Shown piece after piece: positions 48,501 through 61,262 of a stretch of DNA of 64,000 nt. The stretch is taken from contig NC_086108.1 in assembly GCF_963921235.1 (NCBI RefSeq), positions 68,574,001-68,638,000 of the forward strand. The letters are read 5' to 3'. The notes under the pieces were generated by a model that worked only from the letters and a program-made list of their open reading frames with translations, was not told the origin of the DNA and ran no database searches. Source of the DNA: Mobula hypostoma (Eukaryota). Position 1 is the stretch's first letter; each line of letters starts with the position of its first letter. Position numbers and translations under genes: made by a program.

Positions 48501-51064
48501 TATTTTTGTGATATCTTTGTGATATTGCTTGTTGGTAATCCTTAAATAACCTATTATAAAAGCAGTTACAATCAAAAGACCTTACAAATAGAACTGCTGC
48601 CATCTACAGACATTGCATCCATTTGCCTTTTTTTTCTTAATGTTAACCAAGAAATTCAAACATTTAAAAAGTACTTCATTTATTATTTATAGTGGTTTAT
48701 ATTCTAAGCATACAGGTATATTTTAAATTGTTTGCATATGAAAATGAAATAAACAAAGCTAATTGCAGTCTTTAAGTCATGTCATCCAAAAAAGAGCTAT
48801 TAAAATGTAACTATTCCCACAAAGGAGATAAGTACCTATGTAACTAGAAAAATATTGACTGTTCAAATAGTATTTAATCCTATGTTCGGATTCTACCAAC
48901 ATATAAGGGAAGCAATTGAGTGTTCAATAAATTAGTTTAAAAGCATGGAGAGCAGCACATATTCCAATTATTAATTAAATATGCACACTATTTCATTTAT
49001 GTTACATGCTTGTCGCACACATGGACATCACTTTGCTTCTTCATAGATTTGCTGCTGTATGATCGTAGCTTTATGTCAATCAGATTTTCTAAAGTTCCTG
49101 GCCAATATTTTTCTGATCTTTGCCCATCAGACACTCTCGCTGCATGACCTGAAATAAGATCCAACCCTCTGTCTCCACAGATGTTGCCTGAGCCACTGGG
49201 TTACTATGACTGTTTGCTTTTTTGTGCCAGATTACATCTCCTGCGTCTTGGGTCTTAAGGAGAGGCTTAAAGAAAGAAAGAAAGGGGTTTAGGGATGAAA
49301 TTACAAATTTGGGTCCTTGCAGCTGTAGGCTCTGCCATTGTTCAGATTGAGATGCCCAAGGTGACAAAGTTAGAAGTGGAAAGAGATCTCAGCCGGGCGT
49401 GTGGTGCGAGAGATTGCTGAGGTTGAGAGAGGCAAACAGAGGAACTTTAAAAGTAAATCATTTTATTCAACCAACAGCCAGCACTTGTCAGTGAAAGAAG
49501 CAGTAATGAGAAATGGAATTTGGTAAGAATTACAAGGCTGTAGAATTTTGGATAAACTTAAGTTTATGGTGGGGAAGATAAGAAGCCAGTTATTAATTCC
49601 CAAGTTTGAAATTAACAAAAGCACGGCTGAAGTAGACAGAGGATTTCTGTAATGGAAAACACCACATAAACATTCTAATATCCTAATGAATAAATGTAAT
49701 CATTCTTCAAATCTTGCACTATTCTGACACCTAAAATTCTGTAATCCACCACAAACTGTGGCTATCCGTATTGTCTTGGCAAAACATGCTTGTGGATTGT
49801 TGCATACTGCCTTTCACTGGAATGGGAACATTGATAACAGCACTCTCAATCTCAGCCAGGTCATTACAGAAAGGAAACTGATGGAAAAAGAGTACCACTA
49901 AAGAAGCTTGTGTGATATTCCTGTATATTCTCAAACTGAAAATACAAAAAAAACAATAATTTTTTATAGCTTTCCATTTGAAAATATTCAGGAAAACAAA
50001 ATATATGCCTTATGGGGCCAACTAGAAAGACAGAAAAGCACATCAGCATTGATGAAAGAAATACCTTACTTATACTAGTTTAGACATTATATTAACCAAT
50101 AAAATTGATCAAACAATTCACTATATTGATATCAGTTTGCTAAGTTTCAGATGGCCTTCGTTGAACTATATAGCCAAGTTTGTTCATATCAAAGGTAACT
50201 TCAGGTAAAACATAAAAAAAACAACAAAATTATGTTTCTAACTCATTTTGCTTGTGTCTATGAAAGATACTTTGCACTGCCTGTTTCTCCACCTGCTGGG
50301 GCCTGATTTTCTGAGAATTACAGCATTTCTGCTTTTATTTTAGATATCTAGCAAATGCAGAATAGTAATGCTCCTACAATCTGGTTTATAATTGTTCTGA
50401 AATTCTGCTGTTTTGGCACCAGATTCACCAAGTTCTGTTTCCCACTTTTCTTTGAAAGTCACTGGGACTTTGTTTTCTTTGCTCCTTTAAAACTCACACA
50501 TTTTTTTAGTTTACTGTAAAAAGTATTATGATGCAATGTAACAGCTAGAAAAAAAAGTGGCTTGAAAATGCGTTGTGGTATTAAGAGGAGTAACATCCAA
50601 TAATCTGAAAGTTTTACTCGGCCAGCACTCCAAAGTCCCAAGGATGGTGTATTATTGATGCTTAATCTTATTTGACTTTTGTACCATTGGAAACATCATT
50701 GCAATTACAATTATCATTAACTTTGACACGAGGAATTGTTCTTGACTCATCTCCTTGGATGAGTGGTTTGCCCTCATCACATGCCTCTCTGCCCATGAAA
50801 GAGCATGCAATTGTGATGATCTTGCATGCCTTAACATATTATGAAATATCATATTTCATTATTTCAATCTAAAACCAACAAACTGACAACTGCAAGGCTA
50901 CAATGAAGGTGAACAACACAAAAACTCTCATTGTTTTTCAACTAATTATAAAATAGAAAACTCGAGATGTGTTGAAAAATTAAAAGAGAAGCCTAAAAAT
51001 CTCAGAAGATACCCACTGGTAGCAAAATTTGAGTATCATTTGGTTTTATTTGTTTCAGAGAATA

Positions 51065-51330
51065 GACTTCACTCTCCATACTCTGAACTAATTCTACAAC
51101 CTACAGATTTACTTTCAAGAATGCTACAGCTCATGTTCTCAGTACTATTTTCTTTCATTTGCCCAATTTGTCTTCTTTTGCACATTGGTTCTTGTCTTTA
51201 TTTATCTATGTTTTTTCAAAAAATTCTATTGTATTCTTTTTTATCCTGTAAATGCCTGCAAAAAATGAATCTCAAGGTAGCATATGGAGACATACACATA
51301 ATTTGATAATAAATTTTGCTTCAACTTGCA
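51065..51330 (+). mobile_element. Rex1/Babar-type 3'UTR fragment
   Basis: AATGAATCTCAAGGTAGCATATGG...TTTGATAATAAATTT..CTTCAACTTG tail, matching 9388-9486. Confidence 0.55.
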
Positions 51331-53674
51331 CATTGAGAGGAGAGAATCAGAAATTGCACTCAGCTGGTACTGACAACCAAAACATCAGCAATTATGTTTT
51401 TCTTTCAAAAAGTGTGTATGCTTGGTTTCCGCAACTCGTTCTGGCATTTTCAGCCACCTGCTTGCCTGAAGGACATGCCTCAACTCATAAATGATACGTC
51501 CCAAAAATATAATATCAGATCTCTGCATGATTAAGTTGGGTGTGACAAAATCCATTGAATCATATTTATCAAAATCATAACAATGAATCATATTTCTCAA
51601 AAGAACAAAAAAGTTCACAGCTAAGTTATAATAATTAAGATGAAAATTGTTTTGCAACCTAACCGACCACCTTTGAGGAGAGTTAACAATGTAAAGCCTA
51701 GTTCCACAGCAGAGAAACAAGGCAGGCAGTAAATGCTGCTCAAAGGGGAAACAAGTAAGCAATTTTAAACAAATTATGTCCTAAAGAAATGATCCATGAT
51801 CTTCTTAGTCTTTATGGAGCATGGCCCAAAAACCAGGGGGAAAAAACAATGATATGATCTAAAACAAGAATTTGCTTGATGTCTGCCTCTGTTCAGTGGT
51901 AGTACTCTGATCCAAGTCAGGTAGAAGGCAAATTCCACATGATACAATACTAAAGGGAATGAGACATTTAAAAAAGACATATTCTTGGTTAATCCATTTA
52001 CTTTTCTTGGCAAAATTAATACTGTATATGTTTATCTGTTTCTGTATAGTTTCAGGAACCATCTGCAGTTTGTGTGCATACACAGAGGGCCCCATAGATG
52101 GCAGTGGCACTGATTCATAGACCGGCCTGCTTTAAATCAAGGGTCACAATTATAAACAACCAGCGCTTCAGTTTGTGCACAACTTCCTCTGGAAATCCAG
52201 ATTCAATTGACTGATGAAATAATCAATCTCGGGCTAGAAAGCACTTCATGGATTGTACATCCCTTGTTGCCACGACAAGGAATTTGGAAGTATGTTAAGG
52301 GAGTAACAACTTGAATGATTTCTTGGAGCACTAAAGATTTATCCACATTTCAATTTTCCCTTTCTAAAATAAAATTGTTGAACCTTATAACAAGGCATCA
52401 CTTTACTAATACTAACTCTTACTTCTAATCTTACATTTTCAGAGTCAGAATTATTGTTCCTAGAGGTGCCATGTACCTCAGCAAATTGGCAATATACTTA
52501 TACATAAACAATACTGTTAATTCTTTGCATTTTACATTTTGCTATACTGTTGCTCTGAAATTGTTGCAATGAAAATCGTAAACAGTTTGGAGTTGTACAA
52601 TGTGCAATTTTGCTGGAATATGCTGAACTCTGTGTGGACATAATTACGTTGTATTTTATATTGACATGAAGCACCTAATTAAAAGAAAGACATGTTTCTT
52701 TAAAGTCTCTTATTGTCTTTGTGTTTCTCAAAGGCTTAACAACTACTGGCACAACTGAAGTGTAGCAATGGTTGCAAATAAAACTCTGCAATATGTTCCA
52801 AAAATAAGGTCAGGATTTTAACAAGGAAACCATACTTAGATGATGAAAGAAGGTGAAAGTGATTCGATGCAAGAACTATTACAGCAGGAGGGAAGGGAGG
52901 GGTGATGGGGAAGTGAATGGAAGGGAGGTATGAAAGCCAGTAGGGTGATTAGGGAAGGTATAGAGGGGAGGGTAGGGAAGGAATAGTAGACAGGAGAGCA
53001 GCAAGGGTTAGAATAGGACAGAAAAAAAGAAGGGTGGGGAGGAAAGAGAAAGGAATTGTTGTATAATTTGTGGTGGTGGAGGTCTTTGATGTGAAGGCTG
53101 AGGTTGAAGAAGCTGGAGTAGTGTGGAGAAAAGAAAGCTGAGCTAATATTGCTTCAAAACAGGCCACTTCTCCCACCAAAAGGAAAAGTTAGTTACAGGC
53201 AGGTTTTGAATTCAAGAAAATCAAGAACTGTTTATTTGTTCCATTTAAGAAGGGAGTCGCTCGTTCTGACAGAAGCCAATGACCTGAAACACTCTCACCA
53301 CAGAGGCTGTCTGCCAAAAGTCTTTAAATATTTTCTTCTGATTTTCATTGCTGCAATCATTTGAGTTTGTTTCATAAATAAAGATGCTTGCTTACAGCTG
53401 TGCGTTACCCATTCATTTTTAGTCACTTAGCTATGGCCATTGGGGAAGTTCCTGCCTATGAACAGAGGATCACAAACACAGATCCTAATCTAGAGCTGTG
53501 ACCGACTGTACCCATTCTGTGCTGCAAAGTGAGAGCTAACTTTCCAGCTAAGACAGTAAACAAAGAGTTTATCCAATTACTCAGGTGGGTGGAAAAGTTC
53601 CCTTAGCACCATCTGAGAAAGAACAGGAGAGTTCTCACCATGATCCCAGTTCAGCTAAAGAACCTAAGCATTCA

Positions 53675-53904
53675 AGCAACACACACAGAATGCTGGAGGA
53701 ACTCAGCAGGCTGGGCAGCATCTGTAGAAAAAAGTATAGTTGACATTTTGGGCCAAAAACCCTTCGATCAGCCCTGCTGAAGGGTTTTGGCCTGAAACAT
53801 TGACTGTACTTTTTTCTATAGATGCTGCCTGACCTGTTGAGTTCATCCAGCATTTTGTGTGTGTTGCTTGGATTTCCAGCATCTGCAGATTTTCTCTTGT
53901 TTGT
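53675..53904. mobile_element. Palindromic mini Penelope-derived element (two inverted pLTR termini)
   Basis: Arms ~53673-53771 and 53774-53870 are inverted copies; 13-bp TSD ACCTAAGCATTCA / ACCTAAACATTCA (53662-53674 / 53905-53917). Confidence 0.85.
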
Positions 53905-54269
53905 ACCTAAACATTCATCTACCTGCAGTCTGATACACCTTGTATGAAAATTGGTTATTTAGTTTTCCTTGCTTTACTCTGATGAGTATGGTAGTTTACA
54001 TAATGGGCTGCTGCATTTTGGAAGCTCCTGAGCTTGGGAACGATGAGAACAGGTCTAAGCTCAGGGCTGACTTACACTAGTTGTTAAGGTGAGAGCTGTC
54101 ATGATTTTCCACTGAAGATATATCTGACATGCTCAGCACTTTTAAAGCAATATTGCGCTAACTGTGGGTGAAAAAGAAGGAAGTCACAGAGTAGTATCCA
54201 GTGAAGGGTTTACATGGAAATTCATTCTGAGATAATGGCTCAACTAAGACTGAACTATTATACAGACGA

Positions 54270-56885
54270 GTTCATTTTTACCATGGATATCCAATCCCTC
54301 TTCACCTCATCCCACACCAGGATGATCTAAGCAGCCCTTCACATTTTCCTTTAAAGGAGGCTCAATCAGTCTCCTCTACCATCACCTCATCCACCTACCT
54401 GAAATCATTCTTACATTGAACTATTTCTCTTTAAATCCACTCAGTTTCTCCAACTCAATAGCGAAGGTGCGGACTCGCATAGGCCCAACGTACGGTTGTC
54501 TCTTTGTGGGATAAGTAGAAGGGACTGTGTTTCACTCCCGCCTCTTCTAGTGCATCACTCACAACACGCTGGAGGAACTCAGCAGGTCGGGCAGCATCCG
54601 TGGAAATGATCAGTCAACGTTTTGGGCCGGAACCCTTCATTAGGACTGAAGAGGGAAGGGGCAGAGGCCCTATAAAGAAGGTGGGGAGAGGGTGGGAAGG
54701 AGAAGGCTGGTAGGTGCCAGGTGAAAAACCAGTAAGGGGAAAGATAAAAGGGTGGGGGAAGGGAAGCAGGAAGGTGATAGGCAGGAAAGGTGAAGAAGGA
54801 ATAGGGGAAAACACAATGAGTAGTAGAAGGAGGCGGAACCATGAGGCAGCTAGGGGAGGGGGCAGAGTGAAACTGGGATAGGGGAAGGGAGGGGGGAGGG
54901 AATTACCAGAAGTTGGAGAATTCAATGTTCATACCAAGGCGCTGGAGACTACTTAGACGGCATATGAGGTGTTGCTCCTCCAACCTGAGCCTCATCATGG
55001 CAGTAGAGGAGGCCATGTATGGACATATCCGAATGGGAATGTGAAGCAGAGTTGAAGTGGGTGGCAACCGGGAGATCCTGTCTATTGTGACGGATGGAGC
55101 GGAGGTGCTCAACGAAGCGGTCCCCCAATCTGCGTCGGGTTTCACCGATGTAGAGGAGGCCACACCGGGAGCACCGGATGCAATAGATGACCCCAACAGA
55201 CTCACAAGTGAAGTGTTGCCTCACCTGGAAGGACTGTTTGGGGCCCTGACTGGTGGCAAGAGAGGAGGTGTAGGGATAGGTGTAGCACTTACGCTTACAG
55301 GGATAAGTGCCGGGTGGGAGATCCATGGGGATGGACGTGTGGACTAGGGAGTCGCAGAGGGAACGATCCCTGCAGAAAGCGGAAAGGGGTGGAGAAGGAA
55401 AGATGTGCTTAGTGGTGGGGTCCTGTTGAAGGTGGCGGAAGTTGCGGAGGATAATGTGTTGGATCCGGAGGCTAGTGGGGTGGTAGGTGAGGACAAGGGG
55501 AACTCTGTCCCTGTTGTGGCGGCAGGAGGATGGGGTGAGAGCCAAAGTGCCGGAAATGGAGGAGATGCGGGTGAGGGCATCATTGATGACGGCAGAAGGG
55601 AAACGATGATCCGTAAAGAAAGACAACATTTGAGATGTCCTGGAACGGAAAGCCTGATCCCGGGAGAAAATGCGGCGGAGACGGAAAAACTGGGAATAGG
55701 GAATGGCATTTTTGCATGTGGCAGGGTGGGAAGAGGTATAGTTAAGGTAGTTATGAGAGTCAGTGGGCTTGTAGAAGATGTCAGTGGATAGTCTGTCTCC
55801 AGAGATGGAAACCAAGAGATCGAGAAAGGGGAGATAAGTGTCCAAGATAGACCAAGTGAATTTGAGGGCTGGGTGGAAGTTGGAAGTAAAGTTGATGAAA
55901 TTGACGAGCTCAGCGTGGGTGCAGGAAGCAGCACCAATGTAGTCGTCAATGTAGCAAAGGAAAAGTTGGGGAGCAGTACCAGTATAGGTTTGGAGCACAG
56001 ACTGTTCCACATAACCAATGAAGAGGCAGGCGTAGCTGGGGCTCATGCAAGTACCCATAAGTGGTCTCCTCCACATCGGTGAGACCAAAGGTAGACAGGA
56101 AACCAATTCACAGAGCACATGCATTCTATCTGCAGTGGTCATCCAGAGCTCCCCAACACATGCAATTTCAACTCCTCTTCCCATTCTGATCTGTCCATCC
56201 TCATCCTTCTCCACCTCCAGGACAGGGCCCAATACAAACAAGAAAAACAACACCTTTATATTTGGCTGGGATAGTTTACTACCCAAAGGTGTAAATATTG
56301 AATATTCCAATTTACTCTTGCATCCTGTGTTCTGTCCCAATCCAGCCCCAGTCCTCCCATCTTTGTTCCCTATCACATACTCTACTCTTCAGCTGCCCCC
56401 CTTCCATTGTAGTTCCATCCAACTACTATCTACAAATGTCAGCCACCATATCCCCTCCCTCCATCCAGTTCCATCTGACCTTTCCTGGTGGTACCCATTA
56501 ACACTTTCTTTATTATCACATTCCAGCACAGCTAGGCTTTGAGTGACCCTCCTCCATCTTCACCCCCACCCCCACAGCTCCCCAGGATGGAACCAACCTG
56601 GGCCCATCTGCCTTTTCTTTCTTTCCCTGCTTCTACATATCACCCACCTGCCAGTGTCTCTCAACTCTACCCCTCCCCTCTTCCACCTGACTCTATTTGA
56701 CCATCATCCCTCTCCCTTCCTCCATCCACCCACCACCTATTAATCCCTGTCTCATGCCTCTTCCTCTCCACTTTATCCAGCTATTGTCCTCCTCCAGGGT
56801 CTTGACCGAAACACCAGCAATTCCTCTCCCCATAGATATTGTTCAATCTGCTGCATCCCTCCAAAGTTTGATTTAGGCTGTGCTC
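54270..56885 (+). mobile_element. Old Penelope-like remnant (RT 54270-54530; GIY-YIG + pLTR 56059-56885) split by a younger antisense copy
   Basis: FTMDIQSLFTS..., GTRIGP..CLFVG..E; after the insertion, GLLHIGETK and a pyrimidine-rich pLTR. Confidence 0.68.
54561..56058 (-). mobile_element. Younger Penelope-like element, 5'-truncated (RT core, Cys linker, GIY-YIG endonuclease, pLTR with hammerhead)
   Basis: MGTCMSPSYACLF, YIDD, FLDL, KPTDSHNYL, SSHP and GVIYCIRCSRCGLLYIGETRRRLGDRFVEH lie in one open frame; hammerhead-like motif at 54611-54648. Confidence 0.93.
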
Positions 56886-57082
56886 TATTCCTTCTTAGGC
56901 CTGCTCTCCTAATTCTTATTCCGGCACACTGATGGCTTTCCTTGCACCCCTTCCTGCTCACATACACAACTCAAAAATGTCCCTCTCCTTGCTGCCAATT
57001 TTCGACCTGTTCTTATGATCACTTGTTCCATCTCTGGCCCTTCCCTCTCTTGATTTCTCTCTGCCTCTATCTCAGCCACAAG

Positions 57083-57718
57083 CATCAGAACCAGAATCAG
57101 GTCTGTTATCACTGACCTACATTGTGAAATCATTTCTGTGGCAGCAGTACAATGCAAAGACACAAAATTGACAAACTCGGGTTTTTTTCCTTGGAGTGAA
57201 GAAAGATGAGGTACTTGATAGAGGTGTATAAGGTGGCATAAGAAGACATAAATAGAGTGGGTACTTTTACGAGTGGCTAATGCAAAGGGGCATACTTTTA
57301 AGGTGATTGTAGTAAAGTATGGCAGAATGTCAGAGGAGTTTTTTTTCACACAGGAGGTGGTGGGTGTATGGAACGCTCTTTATGGGTCATGGTAGACACA
57401 GATACATTACAAACATTCAACAGATTCTTAGTTAAGCATATGGATGAAAGAAAAATGGAGAGCTATGTGGGAGGGAAGGGTTAGGTTGATCTGGGAGTAG
57501 GTTAAAAGGTCAGTACAACAACATGACCAAAGGGCCTGTACTGTGCTGTAGTGTTCTCCATTCGATATTCTATGTACTGTAAGTGAAAAGATAAAATAGT
57601 GTCAAAGAGGAAGAGTGAGGTAATGTTTATGGGTTCATGGATCATTCAGAAAGCTGATGGTGGAGGAGAAGTAGTTCCTAAAATGTTGAACGTAGGTCTT
57701 CAGGCTCCTGTCCCTTCA
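57083..57718 (-). mobile_element. Rex1/Babar tail fragment interrupted by a plus-strand CR1 3' fragment (~57170-57575)
   Basis: CATCAGAACCAGAATCAGG tail as at 20074; the CR1 part has GACTTGATAGAGGTGTATAAG-like sequence and a GGGCCTGTACTGTGCTG end. Confidence 0.7.
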
Positions 57719-57759
57719 TTGTAAATGCACACCCCCCCAAGTGTCCTGTCTACACCTCT

Positions 57760-58225
57760 TCACACGCTCCCTGGGGTAAGAACTCCATTGCATTCTGCTG
57801 GTTCCCCCATCTCTACGTTATCTGCACTGTTAATAGCACTCTGAACATGTGTGCTTTTGAAATGTCATCTTGTTTTCCTTAAGCGTGGCCTCCCCCCAAC
57901 ACAGCTGGCAGGGCACCTGACTGCATTGCATCTACTTCCCTCCAACCCTGAGTAAGCACTGGTTCCCTTTGTCCTCACCGTCCACATGACTGGTTTCTGC
58001 ACAGTGAATCATCCACCATCCTTTCCACTAACTTCAACAAGATTCCACCACCAGGGACATCTTGCCCTCCCCCTCTCTTCCAGCATTCAACCCGTCACTC
58101 CCAGTCTCACTCTTCCAGCCACCCTGCCGCACAACCACAGGATATGCACCTGTGGTTTTTAGCTAATCCCTTCCCACCATCCCAGGACACTAACATTCCT
58201 TTAAGGTGCAGCAGCAATTAACTTG
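57760..58225 (+). mobile_element. Decayed Penelope-like RT-thumb remnant
   Basis: Similar to 37280-37790 (AATGTCATCTTGTTTTCC..AAGCGTGGC, GGTTCCCTTTGTCCTCACC, GATTCCACCACCAG..ACATCTT). Confidence 0.6.
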
Positions 58226-58479
58226 AAGCAGCAAAGGAGCGGAGCACTCCTTGAATCAGCTCAGCACAATCAGGACCTGCCACTGGACTTGGTGGTGAGT
58301 CAAGCGGCAGATGCAATGATGTCCAAATTGTGATGTATCATAACGACAGTAATTAATCATGATAGCGCATTGCCATTCAGGTTATCTTAGAGGCTGCAAT
58401 ATGATTGCACCTGAAATGCAAAGTAGATTTCGTCAACATTAACCAATCACTAAGGTTTGGTTTCCTGCACTTTAGGGTT

Positions 58480-59490
58480 TAGAGACTAGACAACATTAAA
58501 AAGAACAGTACAGAACTTTGCTGTGATTTCTTCACAATTTGACTGTCTTCAACACCGAAATTACTTCTTCTGCAGAGAAGCTTCAAGCTGTTGACAGCTC
58601 AGTAAAGAAGATGTCTATCTAGATTAGCCAGTAGTTGTTATTTAAATCAACTCTGTTGTAAGTAGCAGTCAGGTCTATGAAACTAGCTCCTGTGTTTGAT
58701 TTCCTTTGGAAGTTATTTTTACTGAAGCTGGACAAAATCATGACCTGTTCCCTTGTGCAATGATAAACACAACAGATTCTGCAGATGCTGGTAATCTTGA
58801 GCAACACACACAAAATGCTGGAGGAACTGAGCAAAGTCAGGTGGATAGAAATCTGCCTTGCAGTCCTGGAGAGTTGAGTAGTGTTGAACAGAACCAAGGC
58901 TGTAGAAACATTTCCACCACTTCCTGCTTGTTCCAGCTGAATGACATGTACATTTTATTGCAGGGTCCATTATACATGTATCTGCAGATGCTCTAGACTG
59001 CTTCAGAGAGTCAGGTCTTCTCAAGATAGGCATGGTGCAGACACTGGATAGATTCCTCAAGAATATAGATGAGGTAGTGACTTTGAACAAGGCAGAACAA
59101 GGATTGTTGTAGGTGTCCTCAATGGGGAAAAGAGTCAAAAGGAAAAACACTGCAATGAAAGTGTTCCATTAAGTTTTCCAGAAAATCCATGTGAGCTGCC
59201 AAGATCCTCTGAGCAGTGGAAGTTCGATTTCAATCAAAGGAAATCAGTGTAGACTGTAGAGGAGGTCATGTATTGTATGGGATGCTACCTTGAACAGAGA
59301 TATCTTGGAAGTTATGCAGAATGAAATATGCCACTTTGTTAGGGGTTATGAATGAGATGGAAATTATTATTGGATACTTTGGTTTTAGATGCTGCTTGTG
59401 AGGTGGTGCCAAAAGAGACATCTGGGGAGTTAAGTCTTCGAGGAATATTTTGACATACTTAGAAGTTTGCAGATGCTGATGACATTGAAG
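58480..59490 (-). mobile_element. Old non-LTR RT remnant, possibly Vingi/Ingi-like; interrupted by a Penelope terminus at ~58765-58843
   Basis: Minus frame NNFQRKSNTGASFIDLTATYNRV resembles the TGAVFVDLTAAYDTV RT domain-3 signature. Boundaries uncertain. Confidence 0.42.
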
Positions 59491-61184
59491 TCCCAATACA
59501 AATTATATTAATGTGATTCCAAAAGCTCCACATTGTATAACCAAGCTCAGCTTTAATTAAAATATCTTCCAAATGCTTTATTTTCTTCAAAAATATAAAT
59601 ATATTTTTCCATTACAATTAAGCTTAACATAAAAAGATGTCTCTTTAACAATGTGATTATCCTGTCAGTCTGGTAAAAAGGAATAATAGTTTAACGATAC
59701 CTTTGTTCGTGTTAGAGCTTCTTAGTGATTTATTTTCTCTTTCAAAATGATTCAAATTCAGATTTGTTTGAATATTTACTTAATATTTGTGACAAAGTAG
59801 TAAAAGCATATAAAATATTCATAAATGATCCAAAAGGGACAAATCAAATTACATTACTAAATTGATAATTTTATACAATGCAATGGGAATTAATTGTAAC
59901 TGTTGTTTCTATTTACATTAAATATATGTGATTTCTTACAAAGATGTTTTGATGTTGATTGAATTTGCATGGATAACTTTTAAGCTATATGTTTAGGGGC
60001 TGAGTGTTTGGAAACGTTGATTACCCAGAGTAGGACCAATCTCCATAGATATCATAGTAAGTGGTGCTTTATGAACAAATGTACAACAGGAACGTGCAGT
60101 GCATTATTAAGGTATTCTAATAAATTGACAATACACGTCATTTTTGTGTCTTCCCTATTCAGACAGAATCCAATCACATTTAATCTTTCACAAGAAGTTT
60201 CCAAGTGAAGGTAAAATCAAAGGATAAGGCAAGGGCAGAGGATGAGGTAAACAGTGTGGATTTTGAATGCCAACCAGCTGTCAACAAAGAAGCTTTTTTG
60301 TCAGAGGTCTGGGAACAGGTCATGGGTGCATATTTCGAAGAATAGTGTTGGAATAAGAGGTCACAGTGAAAGTAGAAAATAACAAATACCATAGATGAAG
60401 ATGGGAAAACTACCCAGGTATTGCCAGCACTCCAAATAACCTCCTTATTTCAGCAAAACAATTTTACTTATGAATTATTTCCTTTTTAAAGTATGAAGTC
60501 CATGCAATTAGAAGAAAAAAGCAAGACAATAATTAATCTAAATGGTAAATGTGAAACTCAGTTTTAAACTATCAATACTTGTTATCAGGCATGATTTTTT
60601 TTCAGTCTACCAGGGAAAATGCACAGATCGTGGCTACAATAAAATCCAAAACAGAGCTGAGCATCACCCTTAAGGAGATGGACTCCGCTTCAGTCATTCC
60701 GCCCGCCTACACTTACGGCTGGGTTCAGATTAAAGCTCCAAAATTCTAGGGGCAGATTATTTGTCTGGCCCTTCTATTCGCCACCTTTACACAGTGCAGT
60801 TTGCCTTAAAATAATAGAAAAGGATTAAGCAGAGTGATTAATGCAGTAAAAAAGGGAAATCAAAGGAAGAAATCTAATCGATTGCATTGCATCAGACATC
60901 TCCAAGAAACAGTTTCAAATTCACCTTTCTGACTAAAGGAAGTCCTAAATTCCTTAGCGTAACTTTTGCTAACTCCTTACTCCGCGTGCGCTACCTGCGC
61001 TCCATGGAGGAGGGACTCCAGCATAAACATTTAGCAAACGAATTTCTTATGTCATACGAGCGGCACTTCAGCACCTCCTGATGAAATTCAGCTTTTCCCT
61101 TTGATCCATTTTAAGAGTTATCAATGATATGGCCTGATATTCACAAACATCAAAAAAAACCTGCAGATGCTGGAAGTCCAGAGC

Positions 61185-61186
<2 letters not shown>

Positions 61187-61213
<27 letters not shown>
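61187..61213. repeat. (CA)n microsatellite grown from the Penelope terminus
   Basis: About 13 CA units where other copies have 3-4. Confidence 0.9.
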
Positions 61214-61216
<3 letters not shown>

Positions 61217-61262
61217 GCTGGAGGAACCCAGTAGGGCAGGCAGCATCTATGAAAATGAGTAA

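Noticed and set aside
49250..49660. Possible old L2/CR1-type fragment
   Set aside because: Similarity too weak to assign a family or boundaries by eye.
52870..53150. Purine/G-rich tract as a G-quadruplex regulatory element
   Set aside because: Low complexity and similar in composition to the purine strand of decayed Penelope pLTRs; no independent support.
54949..56376. 475-aa ORF as a novel RT-endonuclease gene
   Set aside because: Chimeric. The first ~107 aa are antisense read-through of an older Penelope; the rest is a 5'-truncated Penelope ORF with a frameshifted end.
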